Below are positions 1 through 13,935 of a stretch of DNA of 64,000 nt, in pieces. Origin of the DNA: Eledone cirrhosa (Eukaryota). Below the pieces are notes generated by a model, which worked only from the letters and a program-made list of their open reading frames with translations, ran no database searches and was not told the DNA's origin. Position 1 is the stretch's first letter. Each line of letters begins with the position of its first letter. Position numbers and translations under genes: made by a program. The stretch lies in the NCBI GenBank assembly GCA_964016885.1, contig OZ024751.1:22506001-22570000 (forward strand), written 5' to 3'.

Positions 1-983
1 AGATAGAAGTAGAGGCAGAGAGAAAGAGAGAGAGGTGGTGAGAGAGAGGGGTGAGAGAGAGGCGGTGGGAGAGAGGCGGTGGGAGGGAGAGGCAGGGAAG
101 CTGAACCTTTATAAAAACATTTTTTTACAGATACGGAGAATTCTTTGCAAATTTCTAGTGAGGTATACATTAGATTTTATCGATCTCGAAAGGATAATAG
201 GTAATGTTGATCTTGATGGGAATTGAACTCAGAGAAAAGAGAACTGGAACAGATTCCTCAAATATCGCCCCACCGTATTCTTATGGCCAGGAAGAGTAGG
301 CAGTTATTTCCTCTATCAGATAGCTGTAGCGAAAGAGTATGGGGGACGCGGTTAAAAGCATTCTGTCCAACGTTCTAACGATTCTACCGATTAGTCTACT
401 CATTTCTTCATAGAAAACCTCCAGAGGCTGACATCTGGTCACTGCAAGACAGGTTATATTGGATGATGTGTTATCCATATTAGGTAAAACTTGATCTGAC
501 TATTAAAGACAAACCTAACACGCCTTCTCCATTCTGTCCGCCGGGGATGTGGGGCGGCCAGCACGTGGGGGTCCAATTTGCTCACTATAAAGAGAGATGG
601 GGAGGGCGAGGCGAGAGAGATGGGGGTGATGGCGGTGGGAGTTCGACTCTTCAGTGTTCGGACACATTGCATACTTGTGACGAACAGTGTGAATTCCTAT
701 TTGTAATATTGATTAATATTGATGTAATATTACTATAGTTATATACTAGGTGTATACGCCCCACTGGTTACTCACCACCACCCCGAGAGTATCAGGTAAA
801 ATATAAATGACAAACTTAACTATGAATATATGGATTTAGGGCAGCTGGCTGAGAGAAATCCTTTAGAACATATAATCAACTCACTCCACATATCTATTTT
901 GTATTGTTTAACTTTTCAACGAGACAAGAAGTCTGAAATTTTGACGTTCGAAGTAGGAATATAAACACACACACACACACACA

Positions 984-1049
<66 letters not shown>

Positions 1050-1052
<3 letters not shown>

Positions 1053-1622
1053 TAAAGTTAGTCCTTTATACCTCCGGTTGGTGCGAGCAACGGCTAAAGA
1101 AAGTCGTTGGGACACGTAAATAAGGGGAACGAGCGAGGCTGTAAACAAACAAAGATGGTAATGCAACGGAAAATGAGGAAGAAAGAGTCAAGTCCCAGAT
1201 TTCCATGAATATAAGTTCAGTGAAATCGTGAACGAGAGAGAATAAAGACCATCAAACCTAGTCGAAATGTGAGCAAGGAAGGAATTCCGCACAGGTCAAC
1301 CTGGATGAAGAAGGAGTCCAGTCCGTGGATTCGGTGAACATAAGTTCTGTGAAATCGTAGACAAGAGAGAAAAAAGGAACAACCAGCCTGGTCAAGCGTG
1401 CGCGAGAAAAGAATTACGCACAGGTCAAACGGGAGGAAGTAGGAGAGGTAGTAGCAGAGAGTGAGTTAGTGAAAGGTGAGGGAGAGGCTAACAGAGAGAG
1501 TGACTGTTAGAGAGGGTAAAGATACAGAGAAAGAGGAAGCAGTAAGAACGAAATAGACGGGTCACAGCGGAGGAAAATATATATGTGAATATGAAAACAA
1601 ACGTGCTGCGTGGTTGCAAATG

Positions 1623-1626
<4 letters not shown>
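1050..1626 (-). repeat. unclassified dispersed repeat in (TA)n with an internal ~130 bp diverged duplication
   Basis: 1176-1305 resembles 1306-1440. Both ends are homologous to parts of 21890-22075. Confidence 0.65.
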
Positions 1627-1713
<87 letters not shown>

Positions 1714-1904
1714 CTCAATATATACATATGTATACATATATGTATACATGTATATATTCATACACACACACACACACACAAATATATATATATATATGAA
1801 CACAAATCTATATATCTATAATTTTAATTAATTTTTCTTTAAATATCTGGCATTGATTACAATTTTAATTAGATCTTTGCTGAAATCATTAAATGTCGAG
1901 AAAG

Positions 1905-1939
<35 letters not shown>

Positions 1940-2201
1940 GAAGGGGGGGGGAGAAAATACTAAAGAGAAAAGAAGTTAGACAAAGAGAGTGTTTTGTGAC
2001 AATTTGAATGAAACTGAAAATAATTTGAATGGAAGAAAATGTGTGATTGTAGCTGTATGTGTATATCTGTGTATGTGTATGTGTGTACAAATAAAACTGG
2101 TGGATGTAGAGGTAAATGATTATGAATGGGATATAGAGGTGGTGAAGAGGGTGGGTGAGACCAAGAACTGTGAAGTCGATTGCCAGGCAGATGCATAAGT
2201 T

Positions 2202-2234
<33 letters not shown>

Positions 2235-2269
2235 GTGTGTGTGTGAGTGTGTGTGTGTGTGAGTGTGTA

Positions 2270-2463
2270 TAACAAAGAGGGTGTGGTAAGATATCAGGTG
2301 GACCATAATGCACCAGAGTACTCAATACTTAGGGTAGTAGAGAGGGTAATAGAAAAAGAGTCAGGATACCGACGGCTGAGCTCCGGCCGTTTCGACAGCT
2401 AGTTCGGAACTAGCTGTCCAAACGGCTGGAGCTCAGCCGTCGGGGTCCTGACACTTTTCCTAT
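2270..2463 (-). mobile_element. palindromic element, family F (3' half of an HHR folded back at stem II)
   Basis: Arms 2349-2405 and 2407-2463 plus a unique ~80 bp tail (gtggtaag...gagtactcaatacttagggtagt). Homologous to 27243-27470 and 55700-55875. Confidence 0.75.
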
Positions 2464-2656
2464 ATATATATATATATTGTTATACTTTGGGAGGGTCATG
2501 TTGCCAATAAGAAACACACGCACCAGTTGCTTTCACTCCAATTTATTATAAATTAAATTTATAAATTTAAGAATTTATAAATTTTTTTTTAAAGAATTTA
2601 TAAATTTCCGGTTGGTTGGTTGGTTGGTTCCACAACCGGACGGTTGTTCATATATT

Positions 2657-2699
2657 GTCAAAGTTCTTTCGTCACACATTCTGTGACCTCTTCAGTGAC
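2657..2699 (-). ncRNA. minimal hammerhead ribozyme motif (family A, mirror copy)
   Basis: Reverse-complement copy of 2810-2852 in the left arm. Confidence 0.65.
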
Positions 2700-2809
2700 T
2701 GGGGATTCTTCTCTTTGTTTTGTGCCTCTCCTTTGTTCTGTCCTACGCCATCTTGTTTTTGTGTGTGTTGTCAACAAAGGAGAGGCACAAAACAAAGTGA
2801 AGAACCCCA

Positions 2810-2852
2810 GTCACTGAAGAGGTCACAAAATGTGTGACGAAAGAACTTTGAC
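2810..2852 (+). ncRNA. minimal type I hammerhead ribozyme motif (family A)
   Basis: gtca-CTGAAGA-g-gtcaca/aaatg/tgtgac-GAAA-g aa c-TT-tgac. Stem I is gtca/tgac, stem II is 6 bp, stem III is very short, predicted cleavage triplet CUU. Confidence 0.65.
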
Positions 2853-3107
2853 AATATATGAACAACCGTCCGGTTGTGGAACCAACCAACCGGAAATTTA
2901 TAAATTCTTTAAAAAAAAATTTATAAATTCTTTAAAAAAAAATTTATAAATTCTTAAATTTATAAATTTAATTTATAATAAATTGGAGTGAAAGCGACTG
3001 GTGCGTGTGTTTCTTATTGGCAACATGACCCTCCCAAAGTATAACAATATCGGTTTCAACACACGTCTTCAGATAAAGAATCTTGCTAAACAAATTCAGA
3101 AACGAAA

Positions 3108-3218
<111 letters not shown>

Positions 3219-3452
3219 TGTAGAGGTAGGTGTTTCTACTTTTGGCACAAGGCCAGCAAATTACCCAGTGCATTACTGGTACTTTATTTTATCGACCCCC
3301 CGTAAGGTTGAAAGGCAAAGTTAACCTTAGAATAGATTAAAAACATACATCGGGTTAACCGTGAATATTGTCACAGCTAGATTCACACAAGGACAGTTTT
3401 TAAGTCCCCGAAGAAGAGATATGTCACACACCTTTCAAATTATACTTGGTTT

Positions 3453-3486
<34 letters not shown>

Positions 3487-3517
3487 GAGAGGGGGGGGGG
3501 GGGGGGGCTGGATAGGG

Positions 3518-3549
<32 letters not shown>

Positions 3550-3589
3550 TAGATAGAGAGAGAGAGAGAGAGAGAGTAGATAGGGAGAT

Positions 3590-3662
<73 letters not shown>

Positions 3663-3863
3663 AACCCTGTTGTATAGAGAGGACGAATGTGAGTTAAAAA
3701 GAGAGCAGCATATTTTAAAAAAAATGGAAAAATTAATCCAGAAAGAAAGAGTGACAGAGTAAGAAAGAGAATGATTTGGGGTACAGTGAGGGGCGGGGAT
3801 GAAGAATAAGTAGAGATTTAAAAGAGAGGGCGGGGTAGATTTGAGATAGACAGTGAGATATTT

Positions 3864-3896
<33 letters not shown>

Positions 3897-4729
3897 GCAT
3901 TTTTGAGAGAGAGAGAGATGGAGTGAGAGAGAGAGTAAGAAAGATTGAAAAATTTAAGAGTGAGAAAGTGACATATTTGAGAAAGAGGGTGAGAAATTTG
4001 AGAGAGAGAGAGAGAAAGAGGGTGAGAAATTTGAGAGGTAGATAGATAGAGAGAGAGAGAGAGAAAGTGAGATATTTGAGAAAGAGAATGAGAAATTTGA
4101 GAGAGATAGAGAGATTTGAGAGAGCGAGAAAGAGAGATAGAGAGATTGAGAAATTTGAGAGAGAGAGAGTAAGACATTTGAGAGAAATAGAGAAAGAGTT
4201 GGGAGTGAAAGATTTAATATCAAAATGCAAACTTAGCATTACAAATCTTGCATTCGTTTGCATATATGTTTCGTTTCGTTTTTTATACACCCCACTAACC
4301 CAGCTCACTTACCCACCCCTTAACATATCTCTTTATAAAACAAACAGACAATGAAATATGGAAGAATCTACCAAATATTTTCTTTGTGTTGCTTTTATTC
4401 CCAGGAAGTCCTCGACGTCCTAAAATTTCTGAGATATTTTAAATGGAACAAAGAATATTATTGCGCCATTCTTAATCTCGATCCATTTTGTATCGTTGAA
4501 AGACACAAGAAAACAATCAAAAATAACAAAACCAATAATCTAACAACATACAACATACAACATACAAAAACAAAAAAAACTTACTAAATTAAAATAAAGA
4601 AAAATGAGATGGTTGTGGGATGGTTGTGTAATAGTTGTGGGATGGCAGTGGACTCATAAATGTTGCTTCTTTAGCTTAATAATCCGAGAAAAATTTATCA
4701 AAAAAAATAAAAACTCAGAATCAAAATAA

Positions 4730-4910
4730 AAAAATGATATAATAAAAAATGATATAATAAAAAAATGAAATAATAAAAAAATGATATAATAAAAAATGAT
4801 ATAATAAAAAATGATATAATAAAAAAATGAAATAAAAAAATGATATAATAAAAAATGATATAATAAAAAAATGAAATAATAAGAAAATGATATAATAAAA
4901 AAAATTATAA
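4730..4910. repeat. ~15-bp minisatellite (aaaaaatgatataat)
   Basis: Direct inspection. Confidence 0.9.
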
Positions 4911-5203
4911 TAATGGTTTCTTTTTAATATTAATGATGAGGACAAAATAATTAATGAATGAATGAAATAATGAAAAACAAAAATATATATCATATGTAAA
5001 AAAAAAAAAAAATTTACTTTTCAAAATGATATTTTTGACAGGTTTAAATGCTATTCTTTAGCTATTGAATCATTTTACATAAAGATTTCATTGTAAAATG
5101 AAATTTCATGAATTATTTTATTGGATGTCAAAACGACCGAAATGTTTTTAGCAATCGGAAACATTTTGTTATTTTACGTCGATAAGCGAAAAGACACACA
5201 CGC

Positions 5204-5264
<61 letters not shown>

Positions 5265-5278
5265 CACACACACATATA

Positions 5279-5360
5279 TAGGGTGTCCCCAAAAATGTAC
5301 ACACACTTCAACAGCATTCTAATAAATATTGCCTGTACAGGTAATCAAAGTGTGTATACT
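5279..5360. mobile_element. truncated Tc1/mariner MITE (same family as 27792)
   Basis: agggtgtccccaaaaatgtacacacacttcaacagcattctaataaatattgcctgt, within (TA)n. Confidence 0.65.
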
Positions 5361-5378
5361 TATATATATATATATATG

Positions 5379-5476
<98 letters not shown>

Positions 5477-5559
5477 TATACTTAAATATATATATATATA
5501 TATAAGGGAGAGAGAGTGAGAAAAAAGGCGTACTTGAGCTCGTGTTGTCATCATTATAA

Positions 5560-5815
5560 TGATGTCTACGATAGGCACAAGACCAGTGATTTCTAGGGAG
5601 AGAAAGATTGATTATAATAACCCTAGTTCATAACTGGTATTTTATCTTTATCAACCCCACTCGTACACAGATTGGTACTTTTTTTTATTGACCTTGAATG
5701 GATGAAAGGCAAAGATGACTTCGGCGGGATTTGAACTCAGAGAGTAGAAAGTCGGAACGAATGCCGCAGAGCATTTTATCTGACGTTCTAGCGACTCTAC
5801 CAATTCGACGCCTTA
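5560..5815 (-). mobile_element. older SINE copy
   Basis: ggatgaaaggcaaag...gcgggatttgaactcagag...ctaccaattcgacgcc. Confidence 0.7.
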
Positions 5816-5834
5816 ACCTGAGTATATCAATGGT

Positions 5835-6575
5835 TAAAAATGATTTGAGGGAGATTTGGCGGCTATTTCTAATAGATCAGGAAACCACATAGAGGCTCAT
5901 TGCTGGCTCATGGTTTGTTGTTTAGTTGGTGTTCTTATTCTGCACAATGGTAAAAAAAAAACGTTTTAAGACGATACGGTATGATTTGAGGGAGATTTAA
6001 CTACAACTTCTAGCAGATCGAGCAAGCGCACTAAAGCTCCTGTTTGGCTCAGGTTTTGTTGTTTAGACGTTGGTGGTGTTGTATAGCTCTAGGCCATCCT
6101 TAATAAGTTCTATGTATGCTCATTAAAAAACACAGTGTGATTTGAAGGATATTTAACTATGATCTCTAGCAGATCGGGCAACTGCACAGAGACCTCTCGA
6201 TAGCTCATGCTTTGTTGTTGTTGTTGTTGTTATTATTATTGATGTTATTGTTGTTGTTATTGGTGTTGTTGTTGTTTAGCTCTAGATCACCCTTGATAAA
6301 TTCTATCTCTGGTCAATTATATATAAAAAAAACGATATGATTAGAATGAGATTTAAATACTATTTCTAGCACATCGTGCAATCCCACAGAGACGTCTCGT
6401 TAGCTCATGCTTTGCTGTTGTTGTTTGGCTCTAGATTATCCTTGATAAATTCTATTTATGGTCAATGAATAAAAAAAAAACCGTGTGATTTCAGGGATAT
6501 TTCACTATTATCCCAGGCAGAACGACCAATTACACAGTGACTTCTCGTTAGCTCATGCATTGTTGTTGTTGTTTT
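5835..6575 (+). repeat. five diverged tandem copies of a ~150-200 bp dispersed repeat
   Basis: The motif tgatttgagggagattt..ctatttctagcaga..agaggc..tagctcatg recurs at ~5840, 5981, 6137, 6337 and 6485. Related sequence occurs at ~26350 and ~49285. Confidence 0.7.
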
Positions 6576-7259
6576 TGTTGCTATTTTCTGCTAGGTAAAA
6601 TAAGACTCCATCAAATTTTGGTATATAATTTCCAACCAGCTGATCATACAACAGTAATTTTTGAATATAAAAGAGAAATGGTGTATGGAAAGCCATCCTT
6701 TTATAAATTTATAAATTGCCAATGAAGGTAACTTAATTTAGACATAGTGACTCTACAGAAAGAATAAAAGGAAAAACAAAAACAAAACAAAACAACCTTT
6801 ATCATTCTTTTAGAGCTTTCACCATACAATGCATGTTGCTGGAATGAAATATTCTGTATCAACCGATCAATCAATAAGTCAATAAATCAATAACGGTTCT
6901 AAATAAAATGATGGCAAATACTAGTTTAAAATAAGCAGGAAAGAAAAGAAAAGGGGAGAAGGGGAAGAAAAATAAAGGATTATTGGGAGAAAAAAGTACC
7001 CCCTAAGAGGCTTTTTCAATCTTTGTTGTTTAAAATATCAAGGGTTGGCACTCATCTAAGCTTATTTTCAGAATTGCATGTCTTAGAAATACAGGAGAAA
7101 AAGACATGCAGTTTACACGCGGTGGCATTGGGAAAGCTATATACACGTTTTTACACACGTATATATACATATACATACATAATGACACATATATATATAT
7201 ATATATGCATACATATGTTTATATATACATACATATGATCTCTAACTTTCTCTCGCTCT

Positions 7260-7325
<66 letters not shown>

Positions 7326-8832
7326 GGGGGGGGGGTATATACACACATATACGTTATAATATAAGATGTGTGAGGGTGAGATGGGGGAATTTCAATTCCT
7401 TATTCAAACATCATCTGTAAATAATGCTGCCTAACATGGTTAGCTGGTATTTCCAACCCTTTGCTGTTTTCAAAAGGGATGCTGAGAAAGCACTAAGAAA
7501 AATGAGAGACAGGGAGAGAAAGAAAAAAACCTGAAATCAGATTCCCTAAGTTATTTAGGAGAATAAAGAGTTTAATAGATCTCTGCCACCACCATCCCCA
7601 CACAAAGGGTCCAATAAAGTGCAACCAAAGGTTATTTTGTATGTTGACATTTTCGATCTGAAATCTGACGTTGAAGGGTTCAATAACACTGTGTACGAGT
7701 TCAATCCTTACTGGGGCTGAGCTAAATATTGTACCCCGGATAGAAGTTCCACAATTTGCAGTGGTAAGAGAAGGGCATCCATTTACTAAAAAACAGTTGC
7801 TCGAAAAGGTTATATTCTTACCTTGGGCATATATGTTGTTCTGGTTTTATAATTTTATAAATTTTTACCGAGAGAGGAAGAGAGAGAGTCGGTTTCTAAC
7901 ATAGACACAAGACTCTCTAATTGTAATTTAAACATCAACTAGGTAGATATGTATGCATGTCTACATGCATGCATGTGTGTGTAGGTTTGGATGTTATTGT
8001 ATGTGTGGATGTGGATGTTTTGAGTTATATGCGTGCATGTGCATATGTTTTGTATCTGTACATGCAGTTATTACAAGCAGAACTTTGATTTATGTATGCA
8101 TACATGTATGCATGCATGTATACATGTATATATGTGTGTACGTGTGTATGTACGTACGTATATGTGTATGTATGTACGTACGTATGTGTGTATGTATGTA
8201 TGTTTTGTTCTTTCTCTTAATCTCGAGTTAATTTTTGACCAGCCACCTTCCCGGAGGCAAGGTTATAAAGAAAAGGAAATTTCCATCGTCCTTTCTGCAA
8301 TCATTCATCCTTTGAATCTTAAGAATATTTTACAGATTTTGGAAGTTTCAAATGTCGTGACAAGTTGTAGCATTTTTTCTCTTCTTTTTTTCCCCCACAT
8401 TTTTGCAGTCACACAAATTATAGAAAGTACACACACATTATAGGAAGTACACACACATTATAGAATACAGCGACAGTGGAATGGGGGAAATGGCGAAGTT
8501 TGATAGAGTGAGGTGTGGGTATAGGAAGGACAGTTCTGTCAACAATCTGTTGCTATTTACTGTTAAAAGTCACTTTAAAATATTACTAATGTGTGTCTCT
8601 TCATCTCTGTCTTGAAAAGAAAAATGAATTAAGGAGCTGCGTTCTTTTTCTCCAAGAATCCATGATCAACCATTCTTTGATCCAGGCGGCTTGGCTTATA
8701 TGTTAGCTATATATTATATCAAAGGTTATGGAACTGAGCATATATTTTGGGTTCTGGATCTGCAAACTACTCATCAATGGTCCGTAGATATCTTCCTTCT
8801 CTTGTATCATTCTTATTTTGTATGTATGTACA

Positions 8833-9229
8833 TACGAGGGTAATCCCAAAAGTAAGGTCTCCAAAGCGATGGGGACGCAGAGAAACTGTTCGTACGGCTG
8901 TTGGCAACACTGTTGTGATAGGTGCTTCCTTCACTCCCAAATAAGCATGCGCGCGCTTCGCTGAATGCTCAATCTTGGCTTGGCAGCCGTTGAGAATGGA
9001 GCTCTCGTTGAACGCTACCGCCAAGTGCGAATTTCGCGCAGTTATTATATACGAGGGCAATCCCAAGAGTAAGGTCTCCTTCCGAGGAAAACATGCGTAA
9101 AGATCGGCGGATCACTCAGGATGCTCTCTGCATTTTGGTTCCTGAGGTTTCCCGAAGCACCATCCATAGGATTTTAACGGAAAAGTTGCAATATCGGAAG
9201 GAGACCTTACTTTTGGGATTACCCTCGTA
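8833..9229 (+). mobile_element. internally deleted mariner-family DNA transposon
   Basis: 28-bp TIRs (cgagggtaatcccaaaagtaaggtctcc at 8835-8862, reverse complement at 9200-9227) flanked by TA. Transposase remnants are MELSLNATAKCEFRAVI (from 8996) and the HTH-like DRRITQDAL...VSRSTIHRILTEKLQYRK. Confidence 0.85.
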
Positions 9230-9771
9230 CATACGTATATATATATGTATGAATGTATGTACGTACCTGTGTATGTATGTATGTGAAAAGCCCCCAGTTG
9301 TTGTCACAACACCTTTCTAGGAGAGGGAAACTCTGAAAAAAAAAAAACCTGCGGCTTCGGAACCATCCGATGATGTTGATCAGTTCTCCTTTTCTGGTAG
9401 TGTTTTTGATGCTCAGAGAGTGGGATTGGTCGAGAGCAAGGCCTTTACCCACTAAAAAAACCTTCAAAGCACAGGCGTTGCTTGTTCAGGTTATGTTACA
9501 GGTTTGTGTGATTGGCCGTAGCCTAAAAGTGCACAATTTTCTGTAATTTTGTGTGTATGTATGTACGTGTGTATGTATGTATGTATTTGTGAATGTATGT
9601 ACGTGTGTATGTATGTACGTGTGTATGTATGTACGTGTGTATGTATGTATTTGTGAATGTATGTACGTGTGTATGTATGTACGTGTGTATGTGTGTACGT
9701 GTGTATGTATGTACGTGTGTATGTATGTATACAATTTTGGTGAGCTTGATTCAAAGAATGAGCAGAGAAAT

Positions 9772-10418
9772 ATGGTTTCCGATTTAGGCTTAAGGTCAAC
9801 AATTTTGGAGGAGGGGAAAGTTGATTAAATCGACCCCAGTGCATGACTGGTACTTTATTTTATCAGTCAATGCTATATAATAATTGATTCTATTTTATAC
9901 ACAAGACCAGCAATTTGAAGGGGGGGGGGTCCATTTAATCGACCCCAGTTTGTTACAGGTGCTTTATTTTATCGAACCCGTAAGGATAAACGGTAAAACT
10001 AACCTTGGCGGGATTTGAACTCAGAGCGTAAAGGGCCATAATTCTATGATGCTAAGCATGTTGTCCGACGCTCTACCGATTCTGCGAATCCACCGCTATA
10101 TAATAATTGTCTCTACTTTTGGCACAAGGCCAGCAATATACCAGTGTATTACTGGTACTTTATTTTATCGACCCCGTAGGGATGAAAGGCAAAGTTAACC
10201 TTGCCGCGGGATTTGAACACGGACCGTAAAGGGACGTAACTATATGCTGGAAAGCATGGCGTCCAACCCTCTACTGATACTGCCAATCCACCGTCCCCAC
10301 CGCTATATAATAATTGTCTCTACTTTTTGGCACAAGGCCAGCAATTATCCAAGTACATTACTGGTACTTTATTTTATCGACCCCGTAAGGATGAAAGGCA
10401 AAGTTAACCTCAGCGGGC
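9772..10418 (-). mobile_element. cluster of SINE copies (full and partial)
   Basis: Repeated ggcacaaggccagcaat...ctggtactttattttatcgacccc...ggatttgaactc. Confidence 0.85.
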
Positions 10419-10918
10419 TTTGATAGTTGGTATTTACCAAAATAACTTATAATAGTTATATGACTTGTAGTCCCAGAAGTGGAGACTATTCTAGAAATAA
10501 CTCCTCAATATATTATATCCTTATATGGAGTTAATAATTCATATCGATACACTATTTATCACTTGTGCAATAAATATGGATCTTTATAATTATCATTATT
10601 ATGATTAGAAACTATCATCATCATCATCATCATCATCATTATCGTTATTATTGTTGTTGTTGTTTCCCTTGTGGACAATAAAAGAAATCATTGGTTATAA
10701 TTATCATCATTGTTATTGCAGTTGATGTTGTTGTTCTTATTGTTGTTATTGCTTGATGAACTCTGGTGGGAATTATCAGTTCTATTTGATTTGTGACTTT
10801 AAATTCTAATTATGAAATCATTAATTAATGCAGGAAATTAAACTATTCGAAAAAAATAAATAATTGTTATTTTCAAGCCTTCTTTCAATTCACACACGCA
10901 CACACACAGACACACGCA

Positions 10919-10979
<61 letters not shown>

Positions 10980-11277
10980 GCACATATATGCTCTCCCTCC
11001 TCTCTTTTATTGGTTTCAGTCATGAGACGGCGGTCAGACTTGGGTACCGTTTTGAAGAGATTTGATCAATGATATCAACTCCACTACTTATTTATTTTAC
11101 TGTGTGGTATATATTTTACCGATTCCTTTGTCTAAGTTCAACTTCTCAATAATTATATGGGACAAAGACATAAATTCAGATACATCTTTATAAACACACA
11201 CTTGCAAGATATGAATTCAACTTAATCCCTTATTCCAATATTGGTTATGCCAATGTCCTAATGTCTTAGAATGATTA

Positions 11278-11460
11278 ATTGTTTCTACGTTAAGCACAAG
11301 GCCAGCAATTACCCAGTGCATTACTGATACTTTATTTTATCGATCCCGTAAGGATGAAAGGCAAAGTTAACCTTGGCGGGATTTGAACTCAGAATGGCAA
11401 GGGCCGTAACTCTATACGTCAAAGCATGGCGTCCGACCCTCTACCAATACTGCCAATCCA
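11278..11460 (-). mobile_element. SINE, dominant family
   Basis: Complete body and reverse A/B boxes. Confidence 0.85.
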
Positions 11461-11684
11461 ACCTTATGTCTTAGAATGATTAATGTGGTTTGTTGAGTTC
11501 CAGAAACCATGGCCGGGGAACTATATAAGTAAAACCGACTTATTTAAGCCATTCTCGTTTATATCCCACCAAATTGAGAATGTGGCTTAAGTTTAATATA
11601 TTATACATATATTATATATATATTATATATACATTTTTTTTTTTTTAGAAAAAACACGTGTATATATATATACACACATACATG

Positions 11685-11800
11685 CATATGACGGGCTTTC
11701 CCTCTACATGGCATTGGTCAACTAACTGGTTCAGCTGACGTTATAGTAGAAGACACTTGTCCGAGGTACCACCTAATGGGACTGAACCTGGAACCACCAC
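11685..11800 (-). mobile_element. degenerate third SINE family copy
   Basis: The reverse strand reads ggttcagtccca..ggtacctcggacaagtgtcttctactata...agcccgtcatat (B-box variant plus a CORE-like motif). Confidence 0.5.
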
Positions 11801-11818
11801 CATCACCACCGCCACCGT

Positions 11819-11869
<51 letters not shown>

Positions 11870-12249
11870 GTAACAGGCTAGTCAATAATATGCAAATCCC
11901 TTGCACACACACACACACACACACACTCTATATCTGGGTGTTTATTCACCTGGAAAGCAATAATATCTTGCCAGAGAATCAGTGGGAATGACGCGGGGGG
12001 AGGGGGAGAGGTGAGGGAAGAGAAGATAAGGGGAAGGGGAAGATAGGAAGCGGGAATGAGGAGAAGGAGAGAGGGTAGAGAGAGAAAAGAAAAAGGGAGA
12101 GAAAGGAGTAAAGGGGAGTTAGGAGTCAGGGCAGATAGAGGAGGAGAGAGAGAGAGAGGGGGGGGGGAGTGAGGGAAGAATGATGAGAGTGAGGGGTGAA
12201 AAAAGGGGAAGCGAGAGAGAAAAGTGAGGGAGAGAGAGAAAGGCGTTTA

Positions 12250-12880
12250 GCTATAATGAACAACTACTGGTGAATGTGGCAATTATCGAAGAAAGTAAAA
12301 ACCCTTTAACATATCACGTATTGATTATCGGACATGCAGTTTATAGTATATAGCATACTTCTAGATATTGGCAGTACTTTATATAAATAAACCCTGCTCT
12401 TATATACTAACACGGTACATCAACCATGACATGTCAAATTTGAAAAACATCCACATGACTGCAGGACATAGAAATGATTAAATCCAGCCCCTTTACACAT
12501 TACACATAAAAAAAAGAGAGGAGAATATGTTAAGGTGTCTCTTTATCACATCTATCCTTCTGCCTAACTGATTTCATTAACAAACATGGCTCTATGAAGC
12601 AAACAGTGTTTATAAAGGTTATGGTCACGGACAAATGATAAACCATATCGTCCTATCGCTCGTCGATATATGGATGACTTAAAACTATTTACAAGGGACA
12701 ATACACAGCTGGAGAACCTACAAGAAATTGTTCATCAATTCATCCAGAATGTAAAATTGAGTCTGAGACTAGACAAATGTGTCCGAAGTTATTATAGTGG
12801 AAGCGGTCAACTAACTATAACCGATAACATTAAATTTGACCCCAGATACTGAAGCCATAGAGTTAGAATGAAAGCGAATG
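12250..12880 (+). pseudogene. decayed non-LTR retrotransposon reverse transcriptase fragment (R4/Dong-like)
   Basis: (Y)MDDLKLF...LENLQEIVHQF...LSLRLDKC matches the YMDDLKL...FGLDKC RT motif spacing. A frameshifted, degenerate RG..QG.SLS-like segment lies upstream at ~12515-12565. Confidence 0.7.
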
Positions 12881-12969
12881 AACTGGACAAGAGATTTTGA
12901 GGCAGTATTTTTCTATGACTGGATGCCAACCCATACATTTATTCATAAATATGCTAGATATACCATGAA

Positions 12970-13300
12970 CGGACGCCATGCTTTGTAGCACAGTTACGTC
13001 TCTTTACGATCTGAGTTCAAATCCCGCCGAGGTTAACTTTGCCTTTCATCCTTACGGGTTCGATAAAATAAAGTACCAGTCACGCACTGGGGTCGATTTA
13101 ATCGACTTTCCCCTCCCCAAAAATTACTGGTCTTGTGCCTATATAAGAAACCATTATTTTACTGGTATTTTATTTTATCGGCTCTGGAAGGATGAAAAGT
13201 AAAGTTTACCTCGATAGGATTTGAACTACGAACGTAGAAAACTTAACTAAATACTGCAAAGCATTTTCTCCGACGCTCTACCGGTACTGCTAACCCACAA
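12970..13300. mobile_element. two SINE copies in opposite orientation
   Basis: Plus-strand copy 12970-13158 followed by minus-strand copy 13160-13300. Confidence 0.75.
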
Positions 13301-13660
13301 TAATAATAAAAAAGATAATAACAGAGATAATGTTAATAATAATAATTACCAATGATAAAGATAATAACAATAATTGAATTTAAGATGATTTAATTAATTA
13401 CAAGATGAAACCCAGCAATTAACGATGAAGGGACACGTAGAGTAGAGAAAAAGTAGGTGTTAATTACACACTGTTGGTAATTAACTAGAAATTATATTTA
13501 CTGTCTGGCTACTTGTGTGGGAAGTGACCCAAGTTATTGTTGATTAACATCAAACTACTGCCAACTATTTTCACGAAAACGATTTCATGAATAATACAGA
13601 GGCATAATAAAAACGGTGAAACGGATTAGTGGAAGTGGTACCGCCGGACGAAATCCCTTG

Positions 13661-13734
<74 letters not shown>

Positions 13735-13811
13735 AGAGAGAGAGCCCGAGGAGACCATTAATCATGGGAGTACTGAAATACTTAAGGCACAGGGAGATGC
13801 AGAGTGGGTAC

Positions 13812-13866
<55 letters not shown>

Positions 13867-13935
13867 TCATCAGGATGATTTCATGATTTCTTAAGAATGA
13901 AACAGTTCTGGTCCTGTAGAATTCATTTCTATAAA
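13867..13935 (+). mobile_element. degenerate family B copy with a broken HHR core
   Basis: atcatcagg (inverted remnant) followed by atgatttcttaagaatGAAAcagttctggtcctgTAgaattc. Confidence 0.6.

Noticed and set aside
470-830. GC-richer segment with TATAAA, resembling a solo LTR
   Set aside because: I could not identify TG...CA ends, a TSD or a second copy.
7520-7905. Non-repetitive segment with open frames on both strands (possible exon)
   Set aside because: There is no recognisable protein motif and no convincing splice-site pair. It cannot be supported without a homology search.
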